Shown: piece by piece, positions 1 through 9,814 of the stretch
Position numbering within the stretch: position 1 is the stretch's first letter
How the letters are laid out: each line of letters begins with the position of its first letter
Virus record (IMG/VR): IMGVR_UViG_3300028048_000073
Span: 62,660 to 126,659 of that record
Source of the DNA: a virus
Direction: 5' to 3' (one strand)
DNA length: 64,000 bases
The notes under the pieces: model-generated
The model's input: the letters and a program-made list of their open reading frames with translations, nothing else
What the model was told of the DNA's origin: nothing
The model's database searches: none
Position numbers and translations under genes: made by a program

Positions 1-909
1 ATTATCTTTCTTACGGTAAACTGATACTTGGCTTTTACTAACATTTAATTTCTTAACTGCGACAAAAGGTTCATCAACATCTTGGCCCCATAAGTCTTGA
101 CCCGCAGAACCAATATCAAGAATCTTATCTTTATCAATATTTGTTCCTTTCCATTCAAAATCAACATAGAACAGGGGTTCTGTTTCCATTGCGGCAAGTG
201 CTTTATCTGACTTTTCAATAAAAGTATCTACACTGTCCAATGGAAGCGAAAGACCGAATGCATTCGCGTGGCCCTGAGCGTATTCAATGACACCATCACC
301 AAAAGATTCGCAAATATCCTTAAAACTTTCTATCCCAGACTTATTATAGCCGCGTGCAGACCCACTAAATGAAGTCTTTCCATCTTTTTCTGTAAGCGTT
401 AAAATGCAACAAGGACGTTGATATTTTGCCATAAGTTTGTTAGCCACCAAACCAGCAAGACCAGAAGCAATCTCACCTTGATTTAATAGGAAAAGTAATA
501 CTGCATGGTCTAACATATTTTCAGTTTCAATTCTTTTCTCTAAAAGCTCCATAGCTTTATCTTGTTCTCTTGTTTGACGAGCTTTAACATTTGTAGCAGT
601 ACGAACAGCTTGCTCAACGAGTTTTTCTGTCTGACCTTTACAACCGCGTTTAGTTGATGGAACTATATTAAAAGCTTTAAAATTTAACATAGCATCAAAA
701 ATTAACTCTTTCTCTTGCTGTGTTCCACTTCTAGTAACAGCATTAACAAAAGGAACAATATAAAAGGCTGCGCCAATAGGAGTGATATGACTTCCTAAAG
801 AATAAGCATTTTTTTGTGCCATATAATAAAGAAAAGGATTCTTTACATAATCATCAGATAATCCTTTATTAATAAGGTGTTTTGTTTCAATTGATTTAAG
901 GCTCATCAT
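1..909 (-). CDS. RecJ-like DHH-family exonuclease, 3' exon with the DHHA1 region; partial, runs off the window start
   Basis: The minus-strand frame starts at an ATG at 907-909 (MMSLKSIETK...). It has a GHANAFG motif typical of DHHA1 and continues the DHH-motif ORF at 1991-2644 across an intervening intron with a homing endonuclease gene. Confidence 0.55.
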   Translation of the reverse strand, partial: MMSLKSIETKHLINKGLSDDYVKNPFLYYMAQKNAYSLGSHITPIGAAFYIVPFVNAVTRSGTQQEKELIFDAMLNFKAFNIVPSTKRGCKGQTEKLVEQAVRTATNVKARQTREQDKAMELLEKRIETENMLDHAVLLFLLNQGEIASGLAGLVANKLMAKYQRPCCILTLTEKDGKTSFSGSARGYNKSGIESFKDICESFGDGVIEYAQGHANAFGLSLPLDSVDTFIEKSDKALAAMETEPLFYVDFEWKGTNIDKDKILDIGSAGQDLWGQDVDEPFVAVKKLNVSKSQVSVYRKKDN

Positions 910-1990
910 ATCTGCTACTCATGTACTTTTATATTTCTATAAAACATTGACTATCTTTTAGTAAAAATTATTTACTATATCTCTTTCGGTTTTCATAGAC
1001 TTCGTTTCCTAAAATCTAGCTACGTATCAATAGTAGCCCTACTCCCCAGCATTTCAACCTAAGGGATAGTCGATACAGGCTTCAAGTTACGTTTTTCCAA
1101 GTTTCTCTTTTACAAACTCTTCGAATAGAATTTACATTTACGCAAGAGTAATCTTTTTGAATTGATACAGGAGATTCCCCTGTATCATACCTTTGCCTAA
1201 TCTCTTTCACCATTTTTTCATTTAATTTTGCTTTATTATTCTTTGAGCCTGAATTTGCTATTGAGCTATATTCTTGACGAGTTTTATACCCTTTAGGAAT
1301 AATATATTCTTTTCCAACATTTGGGTAACCCCTGCCTAACCAAACTCTTTCAAAAGTAGCAAATGAAAAATTGGTATAATCCTGATATACGTCTCTTTTT
1401 CTCTCGCCTAAAAAGCGTCTTTTTCTAATATCTAAAACTTGTTCATTGGTAAAAACTGCGCTCACGCTATTTTCCCCAACAAGAAAAGAGTTATCTCCGC
1501 CCGACGTTAAATTATATCCTATTTCCTTTTGATTTGAGTGATAATATGCTATCCAATATCTTTCTCGTTCATTCAATAATTGCGTATCGGATATGTATTC
1601 TAAAATTTCAATTTCTTCAAAAGGGCCGTATTTCTTAATGGCTAAATCACATGGACTCTTATGATGAGTTTTTAATCTATTAATATTATTATGCTCATAC
1701 ATTCTTCGTTTTATGTCATGGCTTAATCCAATGTAAATTTTCCCATTTGGATAATTAAGTTTATAAATACCAGAAACATTTAAAGGTAATTGTTTAATTT
1801 TTATAATTTCTCCCACATTGTTTTCTCCTTACTTTTTTAAAATAAAGAGATATAATAACTTGATTCCCACGGGATTTTCATGATATCATAAAGTCATCAT
1901 ATCTTTATAATATTTTAGAATTCCCCGTTAGCATTAAAATATTTTTGACCAAAAAATTTTAATACCCCATTGATAAATGGAAAAGATATA
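910..1990 (-). mobile_element. Group I intron carrying a GIY-YIG homing endonuclease gene and interrupting the RecJ-like gene; boundaries approximate
   Basis: A conserved host gene is split around a complete endonuclease ORF. The flanking non-coding blocks at 1040-1081 and 1866-1975 closely match those of the helicase intron (4681-4693, 5507-5625): for example 'ctactccccagc...gggatagtcgataca' and 'gaattccccgttagc...ccaaaaaattttaat'. Confidence 0.5.
1082..1816 (-). CDS. Intron-encoded GIY-YIG homing endonuclease
   Basis: N-terminal GIYKLNYPNGKIYIGLSHDIKRR...YEHN matches the GIY-YIG signature. It is a paralog of the ORF at 4694-5461. Confidence 0.8.
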   Translation of the reverse strand: MGEIIKIKQLPLNVSGIYKLNYPNGKIYIGLSHDIKRRMYEHNNINRLKTHHKSPCDLAIKKYGPFEEIEILEYISDTQLLNERERYWIAYYHSNQKEIGYNLTSGGDNSFLVGENSVSAVFTNEQVLDIRKRRFLGERKRDVYQDYTNFSFATFERVWLGRGYPNVGKEYIIPKGYKTRQEYSSIANSGSKNNKAKLNEKMVKEIRQRYDTGESPVSIQKDYSCVNVNSIRRVCKRETWKNVT

Positions 1991-2644
1991 TTAGCCCAGT
2001 CTACCCAGGCCTATAGCAACTAAATCATAGTATTTTTCGGCATGGTTCGTATGAAAAATATAGTCATCTAAATATCGACAAAATTGCCAAGTAATACCAA
2101 CTCCGCTAAAAGACTTATTAGGGTAATCAGAAAGTTGATTATTTATAATAATAGCATCTTCTGATATTTTTTCAGCTTCATGGTGGTCACAGCAGATAAC
2201 AGGGATTCCCATTTCTCTTAATATCTTATGCTCTTCATAATCATTACTTGCGGCGTCAAGACATACAACAATGTTAAAAGTTTTTGCCAGATCAATACAA
2301 TCTTTCAATCCATGTTGCTTACCTTCATGATGCCACCACGTAATTTTATTTTCAACATATTCAGGTGAAATATTGTATAAATAATTTAAAAATAATGCGG
2401 CTGAAGAATAGCCATCATAATCGCTATCTATCGGTACAAACATCGTAGCATTATCATCAATCGCGGCTTTAAGAACTTCTGCAGCAATCCTGATATTGTC
2501 GCCTAAAAGAGAGTAGCTATTAATAACATCATCTGAAGTATGCAAGTATGCGGGTATATCTTTTTCAGATATACCCCTGTTAAAAAGTATTTGTTCAATA
2601 GTAGAAAACTTATCATTCGGTTTATTAATTAACTTATATTTCAT
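1991..2644 (-). CDS. RecJ-like DHH-family exonuclease, 5' exon
   Basis: DHH motifs are present: VPIDSDYDG (DxD) and CCDHHEAEK (DHH). The ORF ends at the upstream boundary of the intron. Confidence 0.7.
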   Translation of the reverse strand: MKYKLINKPNDKFSTIEQILFNRGISEKDIPAYLHTSDDVINSYSLLGDNIRIAAEVLKAAIDDNATMFVPIDSDYDGYSSAALFLNYLYNISPEYVENKITWWHHEGKQHGLKDCIDLAKTFNIVVCLDAASNDYEEHKILREMGIPVICCDHHEAEKISEDAIIINNQLSDYPNKSFSGVGITWQFCRYLDDYIFHTNHAEKYYDLVAIGLGRLG

Positions 2645-2656
2645 TTTAAAAACTCC

Positions 2657-2962
2657 TTAAATAAAAATCATAGGTCTTTCCCACCTTTCAGAAAAAGGAT
2701 CTTTATTTGTAAGAACAATGTTAAGAAGATCATTCTTTGAAATGTCTAAATCAACATAACATTTTTCCCATTTTTTACCTCGTACTCTATTGTCTATTGG
2801 AAGCACTTCCCAATATTCATTAAGACCATATAACCTTGAAAAGTATCCATTTTTTGTCTTAACTACTTTTGCTTTTGAATCTCCATCAATGCGTAATCGT
2901 TCACATACTTTGATTAGAAAATCTACACCTTTTTTTGGGTGTTTTGTATATATTGCTATCAT
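2657..2962 (-). CDS. hypothetical protein
   Basis: 101-aa ORF in an operon position between the primase and the exonuclease. Confidence 0.35.
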   Translation of the reverse strand: MIAIYTKHPKKGVDFLIKVCERLRIDGDSKAKVVKTKNGYFSRLYGLNEYWEVLPIDNRVRGKKWEKCYVDLDISKNDLLNIVLTNKDPFSERWERPMIFI

Positions 2963-3054
2963 AAGGTAATCCTCTCCTTAAATAATGAAATCACTAGTTT
3001 CTAGTAATAGATCTTTTTATTACCATTAATTTACCAAATTTTTGACCTGTTAAA

Positions 3055-4221
3055 TCAATAAGTTTTGCCATTTCTATCCAACCTTTTTTTAAATAATTTA
3101 ATAAAAGTCGCAGCCCCTTTATCAATAGGACTATCTTTATAATCTAATAAATTTTCTGTATCAAATATAAAACTAATTAAACAATGTTTTGAAAATTTGT
3201 CTCCAATACTCTGTAATTTTTTTATCCATCTTTTATATTCATCATTGCCGATATCAATCCACTGCTTATCAAAAGCAATAACAATTTCTTCTACACCAAG
3301 ATTCCGTAGTAGGTTAAACTGTGCCAAAGTAAAAGAACTGCCGCAAGTTGCAACAGAGATATCTGCATCGCCGCCAAAGTAAGAACGGAAAAGTAGCGTT
3401 GACTTCTCCGACTCAAATACAATAGCTTTCTTAATCTTACTTATATTATCTTTACTATTGTTAAGATTATAAAGTGAAAAACCAAGAGGATGATTAAACA
3501 TCATACCATTCATTAGAGTTGCAGGTTTATATTTTCCATCTTCTTCGAGGTCTTTCACTAACGTTCTTTCTCTTATACCTATTAATCTTCCAAAAATATC
3601 ATAGTGTGGTATAATAATTCCACAAGCGTAGGGGTCATATGCAATGCCTGTCTCTTGCATTACCTCATAAGTAATTCCCTCATTCTCCCATGGCTCAATG
3701 TGCGGGTGTGGATAATTCTTTAAAAACCCATCATCAAAAGTTGCCAATTCAACTCGCTGTTGCGCCTGTATATCTTCTATCTCATATCTTTTTAATACAT
3801 CCCAATCGGGTAAAGAAATATATAGTCCCGCAAATCCTTCGGGCTGTTCTCTTTCGAGCGGAATGCCAAAATATTTTGCAACAAACCAAATCGAATCATA
3901 TAATGTCCAATCCCTATATACAACTTCTCCGTTCTCGTCTTGGACAGGTCTCTTTTCCCCCATAGTCTGTTTTGCTCTTGTTGTTAAATCAAAAATATCA
4001 AAAGCTCCGCCTTCACATTCTGTAAAGCATTTAAATAGGCGAGTATTTTCATAATAGAACAATTTGTGACTACCAACCCCTGGTGGGTTATGGCAAATGG
4101 TTTGCGCAACAAAATAACCATTTGCCATCTGCGGCTCACCGCCCAAATCCGCCACAAAATCAAACACTTGTTCTATTGTTAAAGAATTTTTAATACGGGT
4201 TTTTTCTGCGTTTCCTGACAT
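3055..4221 (-). CDS. DNA primase, DnaG-like, with a zinc-binding domain and a TOPRIM-like region
   Basis: A CHC2-type zinc-finger signature (CHNPPGVGSHKLFYYENTRLFKCFTEC) and an acidic TOPRIM-like segment (IVFESEKS...VIAFDKQ). It lies immediately downstream of the helicase. Confidence 0.55.
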   Translation of the reverse strand: MSGNAEKTRIKNSLTIEQVFDFVADLGGEPQMANGYFVAQTICHNPPGVGSHKLFYYENTRLFKCFTECEGGAFDIFDLTTRAKQTMGEKRPVQDENGEVVYRDWTLYDSIWFVAKYFGIPLEREQPEGFAGLYISLPDWDVLKRYEIEDIQAQQRVELATFDDGFLKNYPHPHIEPWENEGITYEVMQETGIAYDPYACGIIIPHYDIFGRLIGIRERTLVKDLEEDGKYKPATLMNGMMFNHPLGFSLYNLNNSKDNISKIKKAIVFESEKSTLLFRSYFGGDADISVATCGSSFTLAQFNLLRNLGVEEIVIAFDKQWIDIGNDEYKRWIKKLQSIGDKFSKHCLISFIFDTENLLDYKDSPIDKGAATFIKLFKKRLDRNGKTY

Positions 4222-4535
4222 TCTTTTTCACCTTTCTCAATAACACCTATATCCATACCTTGTACGGGGATAAGTCTATAAGAATAATCAGTAACATACA
4301 TTGGCTCAAAACGACACGTACCTTTGTTTGCTTTACACCATAACAGTATGTTATGATATTTATTACCTCTATTCTTATATACCGCTATCTTTACGTTGGG
4401 GGTTTCTAAATTTTTCTTTTGGATAAGTGGACCAAGTCCCTCTAAATCTTCTGGAAGCACATCAAACATAATCATACCAACGTCAACCTTATCAGCAATA
4501 GCCTTAGCACCTCTTAGAAGATTCTGGTCATACAC
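4179..4535 (-). CDS. DnaB-like replicative helicase, 3' exon (C-terminal)
   Basis: A DnaB C-terminal-like segment (GAKAIADKVDVGMIMFDV) follows the intron at 4536-5654. Confidence 0.55.
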   Translation of the reverse strand: MYDQNLLRGAKAIADKVDVGMIMFDVLPEDLEGLGPLIQKKNLETPNVKIAVYKNRGNKYHNILLWCKANKGTCRFEPMYVTDYSYRLIPVQGMDIGVIEKGEKECQETQKKPVLKIL

Positions 4536-5654
4536 TTTTGCATCTCTATAATCCGTTTTCCTTATTATATTTCTATAATAAACTGACTAGCTCTTAACCT
4601 TACTTATATAGTAAGTAAAACCTGTTTCGGTTCTCATGCGATTCGTTTCCTAAAACGCAGACATATCTCATTATAATGTCCCTACTCCCCAGCTTATTTC
4701 AGACTTTGGGGATAGTCGATACATGGCTTAATCCAACATTTTTCTTTATTTTTCCAAATAGGTAAATGCTTATATGTCCTTCCATACAAAATAGCAAATA
4801 TGGCTGATTCAGAAGCAATATGGCGATATTTTTGAATAATTTCTTTTGGTTTATATCCTTGAGAATAAAGATTCCTCATCTCCATAACTTGTTCTTCTGT
4901 AAATTTTGCTCTACCATTTTTTATTCCTTTATTAGAGGTAGACATTTGTCTAATAGGATAATGTTCTTTTTCATTGTGCCAGATTTTCCCTTGATTAATC
5001 ATTGAAATTGTTGATTTTGATATAAAAGGAAATCTTTTTCTAATTTGTTCTAAAGATTCATCAGTTGTCAAAAGGAGTTGCTTAATTAAATCAACATCTT
5101 TTTGAGATAATTTTGCTTGACTATGTTTTTCTCCTTTAAGAGCAAAATTATCTTGTCCACCTGCGGTTAAATTATATCCTATTTTTGAATCATTACTATG
5201 ATAAAAAGAAATCCAATATTTTTCTTTTTTATCTAACTCTTCTTTAGAACATTCTTCTAAAATGGTCAATGAAAAATTTTGAACACCATATTTTTGCATT
5301 GCTTTGTGGATAGGTAAATTTATATCTCTATCGTTTTTATGTGAATATTTTTCTGGCTGCCCCGCCCGAAGATGTTCTTGATAACGTCTAAAAATATCAA
5401 CACTTTGTCCAATATAAATTTTACCATTTGTTAAATTGTTTATTTTATAAATACCTATCATTTTAGTATCCTCCTTTTTTCTGAGAATACTATGTATTGG
5501 ATTACATCACACGGGATTTTCATAGTATAATCAGAATTTTAATATTCTCTGTTCATTATACGTTAGAATTCCCCGTTAGCTATTAATTAAAATGTACCAA
5601 AAAATTTTAATTAATAACCCCCGATGAGTAGTCGGGATAAGGTTTTATTGGCAA
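4536..5654 (-). mobile_element. Group I intron carrying a GIY-YIG homing endonuclease gene and interrupting the DnaB helicase; boundaries approximate
   Basis: Helicase ORFs lie on both sides. The non-coding elements are shared with the RecJ intron (see 910-1990). Confidence 0.5.
4694..5461 (-). CDS. Intron-encoded GIY-YIG homing endonuclease
   Basis: GIYKINNLTNGKIYIGQSVDIFRRYQEHL with a NUMOD-like C-terminus. Confidence 0.8.
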   Translation of the reverse strand: MIGIYKINNLTNGKIYIGQSVDIFRRYQEHLRAGQPEKYSHKNDRDINLPIHKAMQKYGVQNFSLTILEECSKEELDKKEKYWISFYHSNDSKIGYNLTAGGQDNFALKGEKHSQAKLSQKDVDLIKQLLLTTDESLEQIRKRFPFISKSTISMINQGKIWHNEKEHYPIRQMSTSNKGIKNGRAKFTEEQVMEMRNLYSQGYKPKEIIQKYRHIASESAIFAILYGRTYKHLPIWKNKEKCWIKPCIDYPQSLK

Positions 5655-6854
5655 TTACTTTTTCTCACCATTAAGTTGAGTACTTGAGAGAATAAATACT
5701 CCATATTCATTACAAATATCCTTTAAGCGCGTAGAAATCATGAATAGGATATTATCTTCTCTCAGTCCTTTTATCCCAGACTGCGAAGAAATTTCTCCGA
5801 GGATAGCCATACTTGAATGAATATAGTCATGACAGACATATTTAACATTATGCTCTTTTATATCAATTTTTATTGCATTTTCAATATCTTTCATTGTGAA
5901 GTTGGGAAGGGTTGTGATATACAAGGGAGAATCTTTTAAAATCTCCGCCGCCTTTTTAATCCTCTCTTTTTCTCCGACATTGTACTCATTTTTTACAATA
6001 TGGTCTTCATCAACATCAGATATAAAAGCCAACATCATTGTTTGTATCTCTTCACGCTCTTGCTCTGTTGATATGTAGAGCGTCGGTTCTTTTGTTCCAT
6101 TAGGAACCCACTTTCCATTTTTATAGATTGTGTTGCAAGCAAAATTACAAGCATCCGCAATCATTGTACGAGTCTTGCCGATACCTGTGGGCGCAGACCT
6201 TAAATAAAATTTCTTTAATCTGGCTCCTCTAACTATTGCATTAACAAGCGGACCGTAGAGCGGATAGCCAATAGCAGGTTCTTCCTCTAAACGAGAAAGT
6301 AGTTCAAGGATACCTTCACCCGCTTGCTCACTTCTTTTATTTGAAGAATCCAAACACGCATCTCTAATTGAAGATATTCTTTCATCTATTAAATCCGCCA
6401 ATTCTCCAATAGTGCTTCTATCTAAGAAATCTTCTTGTTCTTGCTTTTTCTTTGAATCAAAGATATTATCTATATCATAAAGCCAATCCAAATCAAGTCC
6501 TATCTCATTATAGGCTCTTAGTAACGTCATTTTCTTCATTCTGTTATAATAGAAATCAAATGCTTCAAACATATTTTTTTCAATGATTTCTTGGAGATAT
6601 TCTCGTCCTTTATTTGTTTTATATATCGCAAACTGCTTTGGACGTTGTGTTAAATAATCCTCAATAGTGTTGATGTTAATTTGTTTTGCTCCCGCAAGAT
6701 GTAAATTATAAATTGTGCCAAAAAGGATTTTATGAAATCTCTCAGGGAAATCGCTTTCAATAAAAGAATATCTGTTATCGTCTAAAATATCGGAATGTTT
6801 AAAAACAGAGCCAATAACTTGAATAATTGCTGATGTATCTACATATTTACTCAT
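5655..6854 (-). CDS. DnaB-like replicative helicase, 5' exon
   Basis: Walker A motif APTGIGKT, and the hexameric-helicase organisation of an N-terminal domain followed by a RecA-like core. Confidence 0.7.
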   Translation of the reverse strand: MSKYVDTSAIIQVIGSVFKHSDILDDNRYSFIESDFPERFHKILFGTIYNLHLAGAKQININTIEDYLTQRPKQFAIYKTNKGREYLQEIIEKNMFEAFDFYYNRMKKMTLLRAYNEIGLDLDWLYDIDNIFDSKKKQEQEDFLDRSTIGELADLIDERISSIRDACLDSSNKRSEQAGEGILELLSRLEEEPAIGYPLYGPLVNAIVRGARLKKFYLRSAPTGIGKTRTMIADACNFACNTIYKNGKWVPNGTKEPTLYISTEQEREEIQTMMLAFISDVDEDHIVKNEYNVGEKERIKKAAEILKDSPLYITTLPNFTMKDIENAIKIDIKEHNVKYVCHDYIHSSMAILGEISSQSGIKGLREDNILFMISTRLKDICNEYGVFILSSTQLNGEKK

Positions 6855-7360
6855 TCTTCATCCTCCAAATTAAATGGTCTTCTTTTTGCCAACTCTGGAA
6901 CACAAGTTGGTGAATGTATTATTATCTTCTTGTCTGGCGGCAATTGGACATCTTCTTTAGCAGCTATTTCCGCCAAATATAAATGATAGTAATAATCCAT
7001 TGCGTCTTGGTACACATATGGTATAATACCTATACTCTTGTCATATCCCTTAACTGAATGGTTCTTTAACTCATAAAACCAATATAAAGTTTTCCTCATT
7101 CCAGAGTAGCTATAACCATACTTAGATTTATATTCTCTTATTTGATTATTTATCGTATTAAATAAGACAGGCATTTTAAATAACTTTTTTATATATGCAA
7201 CTAAATCATTATAATCTTGTTCTTCTTTATTTACAACAACTTGTTTTTCTTTTGGCGCACATTCTTTATGACAATATCTGCGCGCAGAGACTTGTACGAA
7301 CGGCTCTTTATCCCTATCGAAGCGTCCATTACAATAGTAACAAGTAACTATATGAGCCAA
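6851..7360 (-). CDS. Cys-rich zinc-finger protein; possibly a helicase-associated loader
   Basis: N-terminal CYYCNG...CHKEC motif. It overlaps the helicase start by 4 nt. Confidence 0.3.
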   Translation of the reverse strand: MAHIVTCYYCNGRFDRDKEPFVQVSARRYCHKECAPKEKQVVVNKEEQDYNDLVAYIKKLFKMPVLFNTINNQIREYKSKYGYSYSGMRKTLYWFYELKNHSVKGYDKSIGIIPYVYQDAMDYYYHLYLAEIAAKEDVQLPPDKKIIIHSPTCVPELAKRRPFNLEDEE

Positions 7361-7380
7361 TACCTTTCACCTCTAATTCC

Positions 7381-7425
7381 TATATCCATATATATTATAA
7401 CATATTTTTTCATAAAAATCAAGAC
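7381..7425 (-). promoter_or_regulatory. Variant copy of the conserved early promoter
   Basis: The reverse complement reads TTGATT...TATAAT-like followed by the ATATAT leader. Confidence 0.4.
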
Positions 7426-7525
7426 CGCCCTTTCGAGCGGTCTCTTTTTATCTCATAGATTTCGATTCAAAAAAACCAAAACCTCTTTCCGATTCCCAAA
7501 CACGACTGTTGACGCTCCGAGCAGA

Positions 7526-8239
7526 TTAAAGTTCCTTTAAATCAGCTACAATAAGGCTAAGCATTTCAACTTGTTCTCTTGTACACTGTGAAACTTTCTT
7601 TCCTCTTCCGAGGTAACGCTCTACGATTTGCTGAATACGTGGAGCAATCTTCTCTCCAAATTCCTCTTCATCTGGGTAACTTCTCTTCAGATTGCCAATG
7701 ACGTCATTGAACTCGTCCATGAGATCGTCGAAGTTAAGCTCTTCTGCGATATGGATTTCCGCAGTATCAGTTACGAACTCTTCACCCTTAGTCTCAGCTT
7801 CCTTATCTATTGCATCATTAAGTGCTTTTACAAGGTCTTTATAAGTAGGACCAATTTCCTCGGGCAGATATTGAAAGCGTCCTCCACATGAGATTGAACC
7901 ATCTTTTGAACGAAGTGTAATAACTCTTTTTTGAACTCCGTCTTGTACTTCCTGATGCATGTACCCATAAAGATCCGTCATGTTCTCGATGATTGCATTA
8001 TAGGTATTCGCAACAGAGGGGCGTATTACACTATACTCTGTGCCGTCTTTTCTCTTAAAAACGCCTTCTTTAGCATGAGAAATAAAATAAACAGCATATC
8101 CCATTTGAGTAATAGATCTAAAAGTAGATTCAAACTCTTTCTTTAATAAACCCCATCCTTGACCATAAGGGATCTGAGAAATTGTATCAACATCATTTTG
8201 ATCACAAATATATTTCTCACAGAGTTGTGCCGCAATATC
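7526..8239 (-). CDS. RecA-like/Sak4-like AAA ATPase, 3' exon. The frame is open upstream of the annotated Met as far as 8239
   Basis: The in-frame extension (DIAAQLCEKY...ITQMGYAVYF) has no start codon. The Walker-A exon lies upstream at 9465-9773 across an intron. Confidence 0.45.
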   Translation of the reverse strand, partial: DIAAQLCEKYICDQNDVDTISQIPYGQGWGLLKKEFESTFRSITQMGYAVYFISHAKEGVFKRKDGTEYSVIRPSVANTYNAIIENMTDLYGYMHQEVQDGVQKRVITLRSKDGSISCGGRFQYLPEEIGPTYKDLVKALNDAIDKEAETKGEEFVTDTAEIHIAEELNFDDLMDEFNDVIGNLKRSYPDEEEFGEKIAPRIQQIVERYLGRGKKVSQCTREQVEMLSLIVADLKEL

Positions 8240-9464
8240 TCATTTGTTATCCTAAAGGCTTTTTATCCTTTAGCTCTTATACTTGTTATTCGTATAAGTT
8301 CAGCGTACCTTTTATAGTCATACCTGACTATTAGAGTCTCTTGGAGTATTAATAAGGTTAGTAAATTTATTCTTTTTCCTTTGCAGGCTTAGATTGCAAG
8401 AGGAATTTTTATAAAATAAGTTATATAATTGCTTTATGCTATTTTTATTTGAGGTGTAGAGCCTATACATAACAGTTCCATTGTCTAAAACGCTAGTGGA
8501 GATTTCGTTTGTTTCAACGTAATATTGATTAATGAGAACATTCCGTATCCAATAGATAACCTCTTTACTCGCCCCGGCAATCTCAAAACATACACGTTCG
8601 TCGTCTTGCCTTTGGTATATAGTTCCATCTCCATCAAAATATCCCTTTATATAATCTATATAATAGTTTGATTGCAGGAAGTATGGGGGTTTTAAGATAA
8701 AGGTTTTATTGGGAAGAATATTATAATGAGCTAAATCTTTTTTCCATTCGCTGCTCCATACGGCAAATTTACACGTTTTTTGTTGGGTACTGTTTTTTGT
8801 ATAATGTTTAATCGGTCTCTGACTTTGAGTTTCAGCTCTTATTTGCTCTAATACCTCCGTGTCGCGCTCTGCTAACTCAATGGTTATGCAATTTTCTTTT
8901 TTAGCAATGTTGCCGTCTGAAGCTATAAAGCCCAATATATAAGCCATATTAGGAGTTTGAACCTTAAAATAATCATCGTTACAAGGATACTTTCGACCTA
9001 TTTGCTTTGCTTCTGTGTAAGTCCTCTTTTCAATCCCCGCATTTTTCAATATCGTTTCAACTGTTGCTTGAGACAAATGATATTCTCTTCCGCAAGTTTG
9101 TAATCCTTGCTTATTGATTAAATAGTTTTCTATTACTTTCTTTTTGATTTCATCAGATAGATCTTTTGCAACTCCATTAGCCTCTTGTACACCTCTGATA
9201 TGTATATGTCTTTCCTTCAATAGTTTTCTCAATGAATATAAAGATACACCACAATGTTCAGAAACATACTTTTGACTCTTTTTATCTTCATCATACATTT
9301 TAATGATATAACTTATTTCTTCTTCTGTAAACTGTCTTCTCAACCGAGCCGACCTCCCTTATAATTTACTCTACGCGTTGCGCGTGTCACAATTATGTGA
9401 CTTCCGCTCTGGTTACCATTTCAGGCTTCCAGCTTTTTACTCTAATTTTTACATACGGCAGACA
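8240..9464 (-). mobile_element. Group I intron carrying a LAGLIDADG homing endonuclease gene and interrupting the ATPase gene; boundaries approximate
   Basis: The 3' intron segment at 8240-8317 shares 'ataaaggctttttatcctttat(t/c)tcttata' with the GyrA intron segment at 19086-19303. Confidence 0.45.
8318..9343 (-). CDS. Intron-encoded LAGLIDADG homing endonuclease (two motifs) with an N-terminal HTH region
   Basis: LGFIASDGNI and YIKGYFDGDGTIY motifs. TAG stop codon. Confidence 0.8.
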   Translation of the reverse strand: MRRQFTEEEISYIIKMYDEDKKSQKYVSEHCGVSLYSLRKLLKERHIHIRGVQEANGVAKDLSDEIKKKVIENYLINKQGLQTCGREYHLSQATVETILKNAGIEKRTYTEAKQIGRKYPCNDDYFKVQTPNMAYILGFIASDGNIAKKENCITIELAERDTEVLEQIRAETQSQRPIKHYTKNSTQQKTCKFAVWSSEWKKDLAHYNILPNKTFILKPPYFLQSNYYIDYIKGYFDGDGTIYQRQDDERVCFEIAGASKEVIYWIRNVLINQYYVETNEISTSVLDNGTVMYRLYTSNKNSIKQLYNLFYKNSSCNLSLQRKKNKFTNLINTPRDSNSQV

Positions 9465-9773
9465 TTAGTTTACCGTATCTACGACCACGGTTTTAAACCT
9501 TTCTTTAACTTCCTTCTTTTTTAGCTGATTTACTATTTGTTTCATTTCTGACCAAGAAGTGACATCTTGTGCAAAAATGTTTGCTATTGCGTTGTATCCG
9601 CGTTCAAACGCCAAGACAAGTGGCGAAGGCATCTGCGAACCAAGTGTAGTTTTTCCTGTTTTAGGCTCACCATAAATATATGTAATATATCCGCTTAAAT
9701 CACGCGCAATTTTATGTGGCTCAAGTGCTAATAAATTAATAGCCATAATTTCAAACTCCTTTATCAAAAACAT
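9465..9773 (-). CDS. RecA-like/Sak4-like AAA ATPase, 5' exon with the Walker A motif
   Basis: GEPKTGKTT P-loop. Confidence 0.55.
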   Translation of the reverse strand: MFLIKEFEIMAINLLALEPHKIARDLSGYITYIYGEPKTGKTTLGSQMPSPLVLAFERGYNAIANIFAQDVTSWSEMKQIVNQLKKKEVKERFKTVVVDTVN

Positions 9774-9814
9774 TAGTGGAATGAGCGGAGAGATAATCTC
9801 TCCGCTTATTTATT